Made by a program: the position numbers and the translations under genes. The notes under the pieces were generated by a model that worked only from the letters and a program-made list of their open reading frames with translations, was not told the DNA's origin and did no database searches. DNA of 63,431 nucleotides, counting the filler, from Welwitschia mirabilis (taxonomy: Eukaryota): NCBI GenBank assembly GCA_051453625.1. It is 4 parts of one record of this genome, joined end to end, with 100 filler letters (N's around TTAATTAATTAA, not from the genome) between each part and the next. Parts side by side here need not be neighbours in the genome. Positions count along the whole stretch, not along the records: positions 21,006 to 49,476 come from JBOZIK010000001.1; positions 49,577 to 60,194 come from JBOZIK010000001.1; 2 more parts are not named here. One strand, given 5' to 3'. Numbering within the stretch: position 1 is the stretch's first letter; each line of letters begins with the position of its first letter. Shown piece by piece: positions 38,081 to 51,359 of the stretch.

Positions 38081-41000
38081 TTTCAGTACTTCTTTTTGGA
38101 CAAGAGGGAAAACATACACAAAGACATCAGCAACCTTCCTTTTTCCTCTATTCTTCAGGGTTATCAGTTTCTTTAGATAGAACCTTCTATTTTCCAAAGA
38201 CTTCTAAGTAGAAAGTAGTTATCTGAGACCCAAAGGAAGGACTTGGAAGCAAGATTGTTTACATTTAACGCAACTCTTGGTTTGGATAGCCAACACCTCC
38301 TATTGTTAGCGGTGCACTGGCCACCATAGAACCAAATATTTCATTTCTTCACAATTTAAAAAAGAAAAAGAAAAAAATAAAAGAGTGAAGAAGACACAAA
38401 TACATCAATTAAAAAAAAAAAGAAAATGCAAATACATCATCAAAACACAACACATGTTGGTATATGCTCTAACACAATCTATCACGGGAGAAACCTGAAT
38501 TTGTAATACTTTCAAACACGACTATGGGAAAAGAGTCTACATTAGCTTAAATGTCCAATGCAGTAATGCTCTCTTACAACGAAATTAACCAATATAGTAG
38601 GTTCCACTAATCAAAAACATGGTAGAAAAGTACAATAATTGTCTTATTCAGCAACGTTGCATCAGGTGTGAGCAAATATCTTTCCCCTATTATCATGGAA
38701 ATTCTTTTATGATTACTAAGATCATTAAGCCATCATGATACTCATCTATGTTCTTAGTCTCAGATGCTACAGATTGTTTTGGATATATGGGTGCATCCTT
38801 TGGTGATTATGTTGCATTAAGATTAATCTCATGAAGATATATGGGCTTTACTGATTTTCCAAAAAAGCTATTTCTTATGAAATAGAAGGTTGAAATTAAG
38901 AACAGAATCATCACGCCTTTTATTAACCAATAAGCCTCCGTTCTTTGCTTGAGTGTGATTGAACACACTCCTATCTTTCACATCCAGAAGTAAAACATGG
39001 TTGACTGAGGATACTCCTTGCCAAGTTCATCAGTTTGGCATTTCAAGACCAGATTGACCACACCAAACATCTTCATTGGAAGAGTACATCAATAAAATTA
39101 ATTTCAAATACTTTGCAAGGTATGTGTAATAAAATGTCTAAAACCATAAAGATGAAATGGATAAATGACAATAAGTTACTTTCCAATACAAAATCACAAA
39201 GCTGACTACAGTATTTTGCTCTCTTCCATGGAATCTTGAGTAACCATGGCACCTAATTCATCAAATAATTTTGCAACTTCGAATATTTGCTTACATGTGT
39301 ATGACAAAATGAATGAACTTCTCAACCATGGTGGTTGTAGTGTACCCTTTTTGGTTAGGAGATTTGAACTCAATAGGTTGGGAGCTTAACCTTATCAAAG
39401 GGTATTCATTGGACTTAGGACCTTATGATACCCTCGATCTTAAACTAGACCATAACCTAAATGTGTATTTTTCTATGCTTTAATTGAAGCCTACATTGGG
39501 TAATAGCCTAACTAGCAAACCACACCAACTGTATGAATGGTTGACAACCATGTTAGTTTTTGGTCGAATGGTGGCATGAGAAATGGAACAAAAGTTGGTT
39601 TGGCAATCCAAGAGAGAGTGAGTAATGATCAAAGTGCTTTTAGTTATTAGTAGAATTCTTCTTTCACCTTCCCAAGGTGTTGTGACTGATGGTGAGAACA
39701 ACATCCCCTCTTTGTGCCTCTAACATGAGTGTCAACCGATTAAGTTTGTTGTGTTACTTAATTGATTAATAAAGTGCACTAGTTTGCAATGGAGACATTA
39801 TTACAATGAATCTAACACAAACCTCGCATTGCATCTTATCTCATATGGCAATGTGAGATTGCATAAAAAATAGGCCATAACATGGATGAACCTAGTGATT
39901 TAAAGAGAGCACCATGTTTTCAAAATTGGATAACACATAGCTTAATAAACATCCAAGGTTTATGTCTTTTGTGGAGCGACATTTTCCCCTAACATTTTCA
40001 AAAAGTTAGCGACAGGTTGCTATGAGTAAAAATCGGTGACCTATCACAACTTAAAAGGGGACAAAAAATAGAAAATAAAAAGAACTGCGAGGGGTAGATT
40101 GGGGGGCATGTACATGATAATTTGCTTCCACTTCATTTATGCACACCAAATACTTTTTAAATTGCTTAATCTTAATTCTTTTTAGCTTATATTGTTTATA
40201 AGTCTTGTGAAATTGATAATTCCCATTTTTTTTAAAAAATAATTGTTAAGATTTTGCACCAACATTTTGTGTAGATATGATGACATATGTCTTTGACGTG
40301 ACTTTGTCAGGTTGCCAATATAAATTAATTGCCGACATTTACATTATTGGATTCACCTTGCATGTTCTCCTATCTAGCATCAATGACATTCCAAAAAGGC
40401 TTTTTTCTTTTTTTTGGGTAATTTTCTTTGATATCTTTTCATGCTTTGTTTGGCCCTTTCCATGGCTTTATAGACATAGCTCATAGCAAGTTGGTCAACA
40501 TCAACCAAATAGAGAACTACAAGCTCCATCACTTATTAAGCAATTGCCAGACAAAGAGAAATTATACAAGTAGAACATGATAAAAGGAGAAGTTAAAAAT
40601 TTAAATGACTTATTGAGTAATTATTATCTTGACTAATTCATCTACTAAATTGTAATAAGGAGTGTGTTTTCCCTTGATAATAAATCAAGGTCCTATATAC
40701 TCATCTCCTAGAGTCTACAACAAAGAAACCAATAAGTTAAAAATACAAAATAATAAAATTGCCATAATGTAAATATGCAATACAAAATATAGAAGTTATA
40801 TTTTAGACAGAGAATTCAATATTCAAATTCAAAAGTTTATTTTCTTTACCATTCCTCTAATACGCTCGATGGCACTCTTTCTCTCAATAAGCTCTGGAGA
40901 GAGAATTTAGGATCTAAACCTAGTTTGTTGAAACCTTTTGATCCCTTATTCATTGCCCTCTTGCAACAAAAGGAATAGCAAAATGTCATGATAATATGAT

Positions 41001-41919
41001 TATACAAAATTTGGTGATTTAGTTTGCATTCTTGCAACCTCATTAATCGAGCAAATTATACAACCAAAGAAAAACAGAGTCGACAAGTAACATTCTTTCA
41101 TTAATTCACAATGGATTGAATTATTGAAATCAAATTAAAATATCAAATTAAAATAGATGTTGAGTAAGTAAACCAGTTTTTCTAATGTCGTCAGGCAATA
41201 TGTCAAGACGATGGGTGGCATAAGGTGTCCGAGAAGTATGAGGACACAACTCCTAAATCTTTCTTTTAACAAACATAGGCAAAGCATTAGTTGTAATGGT
41301 TTGGGAAATATTTAATGGACTCACCTCTTCTATAACTTGAGAAATAACTCTTGTGTTGACTTTAATGTTTTGAAAATAAAAGGTGACCCCGACACTCTTA
41401 GGAAAAGAATATGCTTTGCAAAACCAATAAGGAAATTGATATCTTGTACCTTTTCATCTAGTCATCATAATTGTGTAGTCATGTTTTGGGCAATCCCTTT
41501 TCTTCTATCTATAGTTTCTTGCACATCCACAGCAAATAAATAATAAATTGAAAATAAATTCAAACAAAACAAAATAAATATTAAGCAAGGACACATTCAG
41601 TGTTCATACTAAACTATATTTGTTTTGCATGAAAAAAGGCTATTTGAGGAAGAATTTCTTAAAACTAAAGAATAACTAGAAGCACAAATTTGATGAGCAA
41701 TTAGTTGCAGCTATTGATAGTTTAGTCAGCTTGATTGCTTAGGAAGGGGATACATCGATGGAATAATGCCATTTTAGTCACCCTTGATGTTGATTTACTG
41801 TGGTACATATTCCTCATATTTTCATTTTCTTAGCCTTGACATATATGATTCTTATCACAAAATCCTGTTAACCATAGTGAGGCAACTTGGACTTGTTTTA
41901 GAGGGCTATNNNNNNNNNN

Positions 41920-44240
41920 TAGACTAACCAAGAAACCAGGTAGAGGATGAGCTAAGTTGAGCATATATGTCTCACGGTAAAAGGGGATTAAAAGAAAAGA
42001 AAAGAAAAGAGGTAAAGGGATAAGGGAAAGGAGGATTTTCAAAGGAAAGAGGTATCCTCTAGGTTGTTCCAAGGTGTCTGTAGTTACAAGGGATAGAACA
42101 GGTCTTAGGGTGAGGGAATAGAGGTCCTAGTGAAGGTCTCCTCCCAAGGCTGAAGTGAAGGCAGACGAGGTTCTTCTATAGAAAAGGGGAAGAAGAGTAT
42201 ACTAGATGGGTGATCTTCTTCTACAGATAATAAAGGCTATCTCTTTCACACAGGAAGGAGTTTGCCTTGAGCAAGGTCCTCCGTCTGCTCTCTAACTTGT
42301 CTACAAGTTGTAAGTGACAAAGTATGAGAAGAAAAGAACTCTTTATTTTAAAACTCTTAAGTGCAAAAAGATTGCTCTCTTCACTAAAGAGAAGGACAGG
42401 GTATACATAGGTCTTCCCCATCAAAAAGGGAGGGAGACAACTAGAACATGTAGATAACCAACTGAAACATTTAGATATTGTTAGGAAGGAGAAACATTTA
42501 TAGACATATCAAGGTGTGTAGATGAACTTGCTCAAAAGAAAGGAGGGTTTTCTATCTTTTTTTGAGTCTTCATTATGACAGAGATGGTGTCATCAGCTAA
42601 CCTAAGTCATTAAGAGAGATTTCGGTGTGAAGTTGAGGTTGTTATCCAGACATGGGAAGGTGAACCTCCGGTTTAGTGGATAATCATTAAAATATTGGAC
42701 GATGACCAGGAATAGGAAAGGTTACATAGAGAGGGTCACCAAGATGTGGAGAAGGGAAAGACTGTTTCCTATCGATTGAGAGTAGAGAAAAGGGAGTGAC
42801 ATGCAAGAAAGGGAAGGGGATGTAATGTTGGATCCGAATAACTTATTCTTGTTATCTCCGAATTAGTTGTGTGCCAATAGTGTCGTAGCTCTTTAAAGAC
42901 TGGGAGCAGAAGTAATGGAAGATTTGGGTGGTCATTGATGGTGCTCGAGAGGATCACTCCACTAGAATAGTAGTAACCTCCCTAGTCATCATGTTGATCC
43001 TCACCCCACCGTTTAGCGTCATAGGCAAGCTTGCTTGGTTCTGGCACATTTTAAGGATTTGGTGCAACCTTAGGACTGTTTTGGGCCTAAAGTAATTGAA
43101 CTCTAACGGTAATGCCTTCTAAGAAAGAAGCTGGGTAAGAGGGGCTAAAGCAATCTGGAGCATGTTGGAGAACCAAAGTTTCACGAGGAAAAATAGCTTG
43201 AGGACGATTCTGATTGAAGGAGAACTAGGTTGGATGCCGAAACCAGACTGGAGTGGATGAGGCTAAGAGGGAAGAGGGGACATTCTGAATTTCACGCCCA
43301 AGCATGGAAGAAGTGGATTCCTTGTTCGATGCCTAGGGCATGAAGTCCAGAGCCATTCCACACCCTAGAATAGGAAATGTGGCTAGGTGAGGTGCAGGGT
43401 GATGGTAAGAAAGGAGAAAGGAAAGGGTAGGAAAAAAAGGGAAGAAAGGATGGGAAGGTGAGGGGGAGGTGAGAAAGGGGGGAACTTTAGGTTTGGGATT
43501 GAGGGAGATGTCTCTATCTGAGATTAGCACTGGAGCTAGTCTGATCATTGTAGAAGAAGGCCACAAGAGGTCTGGATTTTCTATTTGCCACGAAGGAGAT
43601 CTTCCATTTGAATTTTGTTGACACAAGCTACTGAAGGTCTTCATCTGGACAAGGAGGGAGACTTGTCAATGGATTCCAAATGCAAGGCATGGAAGTGACT
43701 ATGATTCCATGCTTAGGCCATGGAATCTAATGAATGGCTATAGGAAAGGGGGATGTAAAAGGATGAAATGGAGAAAAGGAGGAAGGAACAGGGAAAGAAG
43801 GAATGGATAGAGGAAAGGATGGAGAAAAGGAGAAAGGGATTGAGGGATGAAGTAGATTGGGTGAGCTGGAATTTGTACAGTGGAGAACCATGTCTTGGAG
43901 GAGTCTTCTTAATGCTTTGGAGTTAGAAGGTCAGAGACAGACTAAAAACAAGTTCGTGTGCCAAAGAAGCAAGACCATTTGGAGCTGATCTAGAACAAAG
44001 ACTAGAGGCTGAAGCAAGGGAGGAAGGTGCAGCTCTCTAACCTAGATTCCATGCTTGAAGAAGGGAATGGGCTTAGATTTCAGGGCGTGGAATGTGAAGA
44101 GTGAAAGTAAGCTACAAAGGGGAAAAGAAGGTGTAGGAAGAAATGATGATGAAGGGAAGGGGAGAAGAGAGATGGGAGGAGAAGAAGGATAAAGGGGAAA
44201 TGGATGGAAAGGATGGAGCGAAGATATGATCAATCATTAT
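41920..44240 (-). mobile_element. Probable decayed retroelement gag-region fragment with repeated purine-rich units
   Basis: Higher GC, Pro/Ser/Phe-rich minus-strand ORF fragments, weak gag-like PLNRRFTFPCL (~42648-42680); clade unassigned. Confidence 0.3.
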
Positions 44241-44488
44241 ACAAGCATTGTAATCCTTGCAAAATGTTTATTCAAGACATTGAGATTGTGTCCTTGATGT
44301 AGTAAGGGTGCAAGGTAAAGTTGAGTAGATGCAATGGCTCCCTAGGCAGATATGGGGGTCTATAGTAATGCTTATTTGCGTTAGTCATGTAATTACTTTA
44401 TGACATCCTTCAAGGTGACTTGGGGATGGCATTATTGTGATGGTACCTAGGTAGTTGTGGTTATGAATTACAAGCCTGGTTTGTGGGG

Positions 44489-45569
44489 TGTTATAATAGG
44501 ATCTAAGTAACCCTAGAGTGGGGTGAATAGCGTTTTCACAAATTATTTTAATCAACAACACACCTTAAAAGTAAAATAAAACAAGAAGCTATATCAAGAG
44601 CAAACTTGCATGAGCACCTAGAAAAATATAGAAGGCACAAATTTTACTGTGGTTATGGATAAACCCTACTTCACTCTCGAAAGCAACCAAAGACCAAGAT
44701 TGCTCCGGATCTTTGTTAGTTCACAGTCTGCAAGGTTTCCGAGGCTAACCTTCAACCCTTACAAAATGGACTTTTGGAGGCTAAGTCTTAACCTTTCAGA
44801 TAGCTTGTGGATGTAAGTGATAGAATGAAGCCCGAGTGCTCCGATTCACTTAAGTGAAAAGTACAAGCAATAAGAGCCTTGATGCTCAAATATAATATAG
44901 AGGTAGATACAAAGTGAGTACAATGATTTCACAAAAGTATGCTCTTGGATAGAAGGTATAGTTCGTTGTTTTACTAGAGGATCATCTTCTTTCTTCAGTC
45001 TTAACCGGAACCTTTTATATGAGACTATCAAAACTAGCTATTAGAATAGTAGTAGGGAGGTCTGATAGGTACAACAATTAGGTTTGGTGGGACAGTAGCT
45101 AGAAATAACATTCAAAATTTCTTGCAGCACTAGTTCGAATGCTCCCATGGGCCATGCGGTGACCCCATTTCTCAGTTACAAGCAGTTAGGTCAACCATGC
45201 ATATGTTTGATTGACCCAATTCAATTCAACTTGATGTGGGTCTAGTTGACCCATCCCAAAGCAACCCACAATGGCACTTCTAGGTCTGGTTGACTTGAAG
45301 GTGATCTGGTTGACTCGATGAATGGAACTTTGAATTGGACATGAAGTAATTGAGATTAGAATGAGTCCAAGTCTTAACTATCTTTTGATCTTTGTTTCCT
45401 TGCATTTGCAAACTCACAATCTATGCTAAAGCATGATGTTAGTTTGTCACAAAGAGAGTGATCATTAGAAAAATGATTATTTCTTAAGAAACATTGTTTC
45501 CAATCACCATTAGAAGTATAATTTGAATGCATGATATTTTTTACAAAAATTCGTAGTTTACTAATAACA
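44489..45569 (-). repeat. Probable solo LTR, Ty1/copia SIRE-like
   Basis: Termini TGTTATAA...TAATAACA; CTAGAGTGGGGTGAATAG (~44513-44530) is the reverse of the CTATTCACCCC-CTCTAG motif at SIRE LTR 3' ends; minus-strand TATAAAAG near 45015; no clean TSD. Confidence 0.55.
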
Positions 45570-46989
45570 CAAGGGGGTAAAAAACCAAAAGGTAAAACAA
45601 CAAACAACAACAATAACAATAGAGATAAGACTTATAGGTTTACATGGTAAAACCCTCAGGGAAACATTCACAAGAGAAGGAATGGCTTTATCACTAGTCA
45701 TGCAAATGGACTTTTAATGTCATACAATGTGGAAGACTCAAAGACCATTAAGTATGTTTAGGGTTATAAGCCAAGTTAAACTTGAAACGCGTAATCTCAG
45801 CCAACTTATTTTAACTTTAATTATAGTGTGTAAATGAACTGCTAAGGGCTGAACTTCCTTTACAACATTATTGTTAGAGATATTTATTGACATTGATGTT
45901 ATAAAGTTTGTTGTGTCTGTCAAATATAATCTAAGTAGTTGTAGGTTCCCTCATGATTATGGAAGGAAAACTCTGAGACATGCTAATAATCAAGGTGTCT
46001 TTCGACCCTTGGTGACCAACCTTAGTTTTCCACCATCTTTAATATTGAATCACGTACATGAATGATGGGGTGTTTTGGTCTATAAGCCATGTTCAAAGAT
46101 AGTCAATTTCAGATTGGCTTGACCAGATCTCAAGTGGGGTCGACTAGACTACAATTTGTTTTGTAGGTTTTAGCAGTTTCAGATCAGGATAATTGGATGC
46201 CTAAATTTGAAATGGGTGACATGTCACCAAAAAAGTGTGACATGTAGCCCTTTTTTCACTCGGAAAATGCCTTCACAAGTTTGTTAAAATTTCTAGCCAA
46301 CATTTTGAAAAAGTTGGCAAGATATTGCCTATCAAAATGTCAGCAACATTTTATTGACATTTTCAAAATTGTCTCAGACATTTTCAAAAAAGTCATGATT
46401 ATAGGTAAGGTGAAAAATTAGCACTCACTTTTTCCTAAGATCAACTTCTCTCTTTTGCATTGGGTTCTTGTCTTCCATTTTGTATCCAACCCCTTCGGTC
46501 ATCACTTTTTCACTTTTTGCTACTTTGAATCTAAAATGTTTTAAAAGGAGGACAAGGCATGACAATGGTGTAGAGCTAGAATGATGGCAATTGAGGCTAT
46601 TTGCATATGATGAATATGCCATGTTCTTATATGCTTGTATATTGGTTGCTCTATCTTTTGTTTCTGAGATGTAATCTTTGAAACAATACAATATGTTATT
46701 TTGGACATCAAAAGTGGATTTGTTGATGCATATAATATTGTTTAATTTTATGTTTCCTTTTTAGGTGTTGCATAACATGAGTAGACATCCTAATCCAATG
46801 TGAAAGAGTTTCATTAGGACTGATTTGATTCGTCGTCTTCTTCTTCACTTTCTTTATTTTCGGCATCAAGGGGAGGTGCATAATCTTCAAAACGAACATC
46901 ATCATGCTACTTGTCTGTTTCTTAATTTTTTGAAAAGGAACTTCATTAAAATTTTTCTGTGGGGACTAGGGGTCAGATATTCTGCCATC

Positions 46990-48950
46990 CTAATCCTCAC
47001 CTTGCTTCGGAATCGGGATAATAGAAAGTATCTTTTCTAATAGCTACATCTCTGTATCTAAATACGTTTCTACAAGCATTATCCCAAAGTTCGTAACCTT
47101 TATTGTCATCATTGTACCCCACAAAGATACATCTGTGACCTATCATCCATTTTGGGCAACTCTGATTTTGGACACGAAGATGTGCCTTATAGCCAAACCA
47201 TTTTACATGCTCATATGAAATAGACTTGTGCCTCCTCAAAACTTTAGGAATTTGCCCTTCCAATGTAAGAGTGTGGAGATCTGTTTATCAGATATGCAAC
47301 TGTCCACATAGTCTTTGCCCAAAAAGTTCTGAAAGAATTCACACTAACAATTATACATTAGCATGCTTAAACAACCCTCTATAAAACCTCTCAGCCATAC
47401 TATTTTGTTGTAGTGTTATAGGTGTGGTATGTGAATGAACATTTCGCTTTCACACATTCAAATCAGCAAATGAATGTGAAGTATATTAGTTAACAACGTT
47501 TTTACTTTTATGCCTTCTTTGTTTTCACCCATGCTACAAACTTCTTAGAAAGGTTTAAAGCCCTATCATCAGATTTCCAAGGACAAACCTAGGCCTTAAT
47601 GGTTATAATCATCAATAAATGGCAGCAGGTACTAAGAATCAGCAAGAGATGCAAGTGAAATAGGGACAACAACATCCTATTAACTCTACATAACTTTCCT
47701 CCTTTTTTGTTCTTGCAAAAATAAAAAAGATAACGAGAGAGGGATATATATCAATTCTAACCTGTTGTTACTTCTATGATATTCATCATGTTTAAAATTA
47801 ACTCTACATGACTTTCCTCCTTCGTAGTCCTTTCAGAAATAAAAACATAACGACAGACATAGGGATATATTTCAAGGTTTGTAAGTACCTGTAATAGTGG
47901 TTGTCCAACTTGCCCTATCCTGCAATGCCAAAGGTTTGAATATTCTCTGGTAACACAACTTCATAGTATCCTTTAGCAGCAACTGCACACACGATTTACA
48001 ATAAGCCTTCTTTGGTTCCAATCAGCCCCACTTAGCCAATTGTTTCTCTAACAACTTTCTCGTGAGAATAGCAACACACATCATGTTCTTAGCTATTGGA
48101 TTTTGCCCATTTTGTTGCAACAATGGGATTGTGCCACTTCCTTTGATATTATATTTTTTGCTGTCATCCACTGCAACAATACCAGTATAAATAGCATAAG
48201 AGAAAACTTCTCCAATCTAGAGATCAATGAAATGAAGCATCACTATTTAGAATCCAAACATTATTAGTAAAATTATCGGAAATATTAACTTTCAAGTCCA
48301 AACAAATGAATGTTAACCTTGACACATCCATTTGCTCTAGTCTATGAGCGTCCCTAATGAAGAACAAGAGCCTTGCCCGCAGAATTCATAGATATGGCCT
48401 TTTCTGCACCTAACAACTTTGGAATAATAGTTTTGAAGACAGGGAGAGTTGCTTATGCTTCCGTAAAGGTGGTGCAAATAGTTTTTCACAAGTTATGTCA
48501 TGAATTGAGAACTGCAGCCACTCTCAAGTTCTTTGGAATCATCACTTGCAAATCAGCTAACTGTGAGAACTGATTGTTCATATCATCCATATGCAACAAA
48601 AATTCTTCTTTCATCTTCATCTTGAAGAGTATATTGATAGTATAGCATTCATTCATTCCAATGGATTGGTTGTTTCTTTCATTTAATATCTTCCATAGAG
48701 CATGTACTTTTGTGACTCCTTTGTAGGCCTGAAGTATGCCGCTGCTAGACAAGTTCAAATGTAACCAAAAACCATTCTATTAAGATGATTCAATTCATCA
48801 TCTAGGTGTTTCTTCAATGAATCAGTGTCAGTAGCCTAGAAGCCACCTTCACTTGGCCTTTGGCTTCAAAACAATGTTGCTGTTTTAGTTCTTTTTTGAA
48901 TGAAGGACATCTTCCATCAAGGTTTTTTAGAAACCTCACTTATTTAACTC
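46990..48950 (-). mobile_element. Degenerate Ty1/copia gag-integrase fragment lacking RT/RNase H
   Basis: RCIFVGYNDDNKGYELWD (ORF 46997-47263), TPITLQQNSMAER (~47390-47428), LWHCRIG (~47915-47935), gag-like ORF 48498-48758. Confidence 0.8.
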
Positions 48951-49476
48951 TAACCTCTCTGTCATTTGTAAGCACTCCATTTCCCTTTTCCTACAAACCT
49001 TGACAATGTCAAAAATCAATTGCACGGACATGAAGAAAATGTCGAACACACATAGGGGGCCGCTATACTTCACTACACAAAAGAAAACAGAGAAAAACAA
49101 TGAACAAAAAACAAAACCAGCATGCAAAATAGTCACAAATTTACTTGGTTTGAGCCCCCTCTACCCTACTTCCATGGAATAGTGCAGAATTTTCATTACC
49201 AATGAAACAATGAATGACACAAACCATCCTCAATAGTTGTGCATCAACACTTTAGATGAACAAAGGAATTTTACTCCTATGTCTCCCTACTAGGCATACA
49301 TCACCTTTTATAACAAATGTTGGGGTTAAAATCCTAAGAGGAAGCCACACATTTAGCCCTTTTAATTAATTTCAATAACTCAATAACAACAACTAATAAA
49401 AGTGAAGAAATATTGGGAGAAACCCCTTTTATTCGATATATCAAAGTATTTACAATACCCACTTATTTATAGGACA

Positions 49477-49576
49477 NNNNNNNNNNNNNNNNNNNNNNNN
49501 NNNNNNNNNNNNNNNNNNNNTTAATTAATTAANNNNNNNNNNNNNNNNNNNNNNNNNNNNNNNNNNNNNNNNNNNN
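49477..49576. other. Artificial scaffold-joining spacer
   Basis: 44N-TTAATTAATTAA-44N. Confidence 0.95.
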
Positions 49577-51359
49577 CCCCCCCCAGTCAAGGAGATCCTA
49601 TAGGTCCTTACTTCTTTAACAGTGATTGCATTCACCTCATTGTGGTTAACTTAATTTGTAAAAAATGAAAAAGTTGAGAAACAGTTATACCTCAAAATTC
49701 ATCTGAGACACAACTAATTACCAAAACTCTAACTCTATCATAATTTATTTTGAAACAAAAAAGAGGAATCAAGAGAGGAAAAAAAATAGAAGAAAAATAT
49801 TCTAGTCCGTGATGAAATGTGTATCCAAATATTTTTAATTCAATAGCATGCATAAATATTAAATTCTATTTGAGGTATGAAAAAGCTTTGAAGTTTTAAA
49901 ATTATTTTGCATTATCTTAACAATTTATTAAATGTTTGATTTAAATTTTTTTAATGGAATTAATGTGTCCATGATAAAATAAAATAATACAAGAAATTTT
50001 ATTTGAAATAAAAATAAAAAATTTTATTAAACAAAATAATTTATTATATTCAGTTGCAGAATAGCAGTAAAAATACTTCTTAAATCACTAAGTAAGTAAA
50101 TTATAAACTTAAGAAACTTAATTATTATAGTGGCCAAAAAACTTGTTTCTATTGTGAGAATGGCTACTTTTAGATGTCAACCCTAAAGAATTATTACCTA
50201 GGGGTAACAGATGCATCTCACCTAAAGATTCTTATAACATATTAATCTCCTTTAGGTCTGCTTGTTAAAAGTTTTGATAAGATTTAGCATCTCTTACTGT
50301 CTTATCTATATTTTCCTTATCAAACTTAATGTAGAAATGTTAAGAATAAGGTTTATATCTTAAAGTTTATTAACCTTTTTTGCTAGTGCCTACATTTGCC
50401 CAAATATCTAGCCCAAAGAGATGTTACAAGATGAATGCTTATAATTGAGTTGTCAATGTAGTTTCTTAGTTATAACCCTAAAATACTTATCCACCAAGTG
50501 ATGGATCATGGAATTAAAACTTGGGGGAATAACACTGCTTCCAAAATGGTCTTTACTAATCTTAATGATGACATAATCTAAGGTATCCAAGGCCTAAGTA
50601 GTGGATTTGTAATTATAGTAAGAATACTACTTTACCATGTTTTTGAACCTAATAGAGACTTAATGTGACTAGATATCTACACTACTAATATACATATCTA
50701 TCTGTGTAGAACCTAAGTTGATAAAATAATACTTCACCTTATTGATGCTAGAGGTAGTAATAGCAGAAGGAGAAGTAGTGCAAGCCATGAAGATTAATGA
50801 ATAAAAGATGAGAAGGAGAGGAAATTGATTAAGTAAAGAAATTCTTAAGCTTAGATAAAGAGTAATGGATTATTAGCATGTAAAGAATTAATTTTATAGC
50901 ACAAGTCTTACTATCATGATTAATAAGTGTAATTTATATTAAGTTATTTAATGCACATGCATTATTCTTGAAATAAAGGATTAAGTAAAAGCAGTATACC
51001 TATTTTGCCAACAGCTAAAATATTCCAAGTGTTAGCATAAATTTTAAAGCAAATCTGGATTCAAGGGATTCCAAACTGATTAAGATTTAACTTAAAAAAA
51101 GGACTTCAGATTGATTTATGAGCAGTTTAGATTTTCTAAATTGCATGCTATTGTAGGGATCCTTTGAACTTTGACACCATAAACTACAACATCAAGTAAT
51201 TATCAAAAATCCTACAAATAATTTTGATCAAAAGAAAATTCTTTTTAGGCAATAATAACTAAAAAAACATTTTATTTTATTTTGTTTCAAGGAAGAATAA
51301 AAAATAAAATTATCTATGTTTCTCTTCCAACATAAAATGGGCATTGAAATTAAAAAGAT

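Noticed and set aside
47680..47880. ~120-bp diverged tandem duplication in copia fragment; also ~20-bp duplications near 7850-7892 and 36331-36368
   Set aside because: Ordinary local duplications in dead sequence
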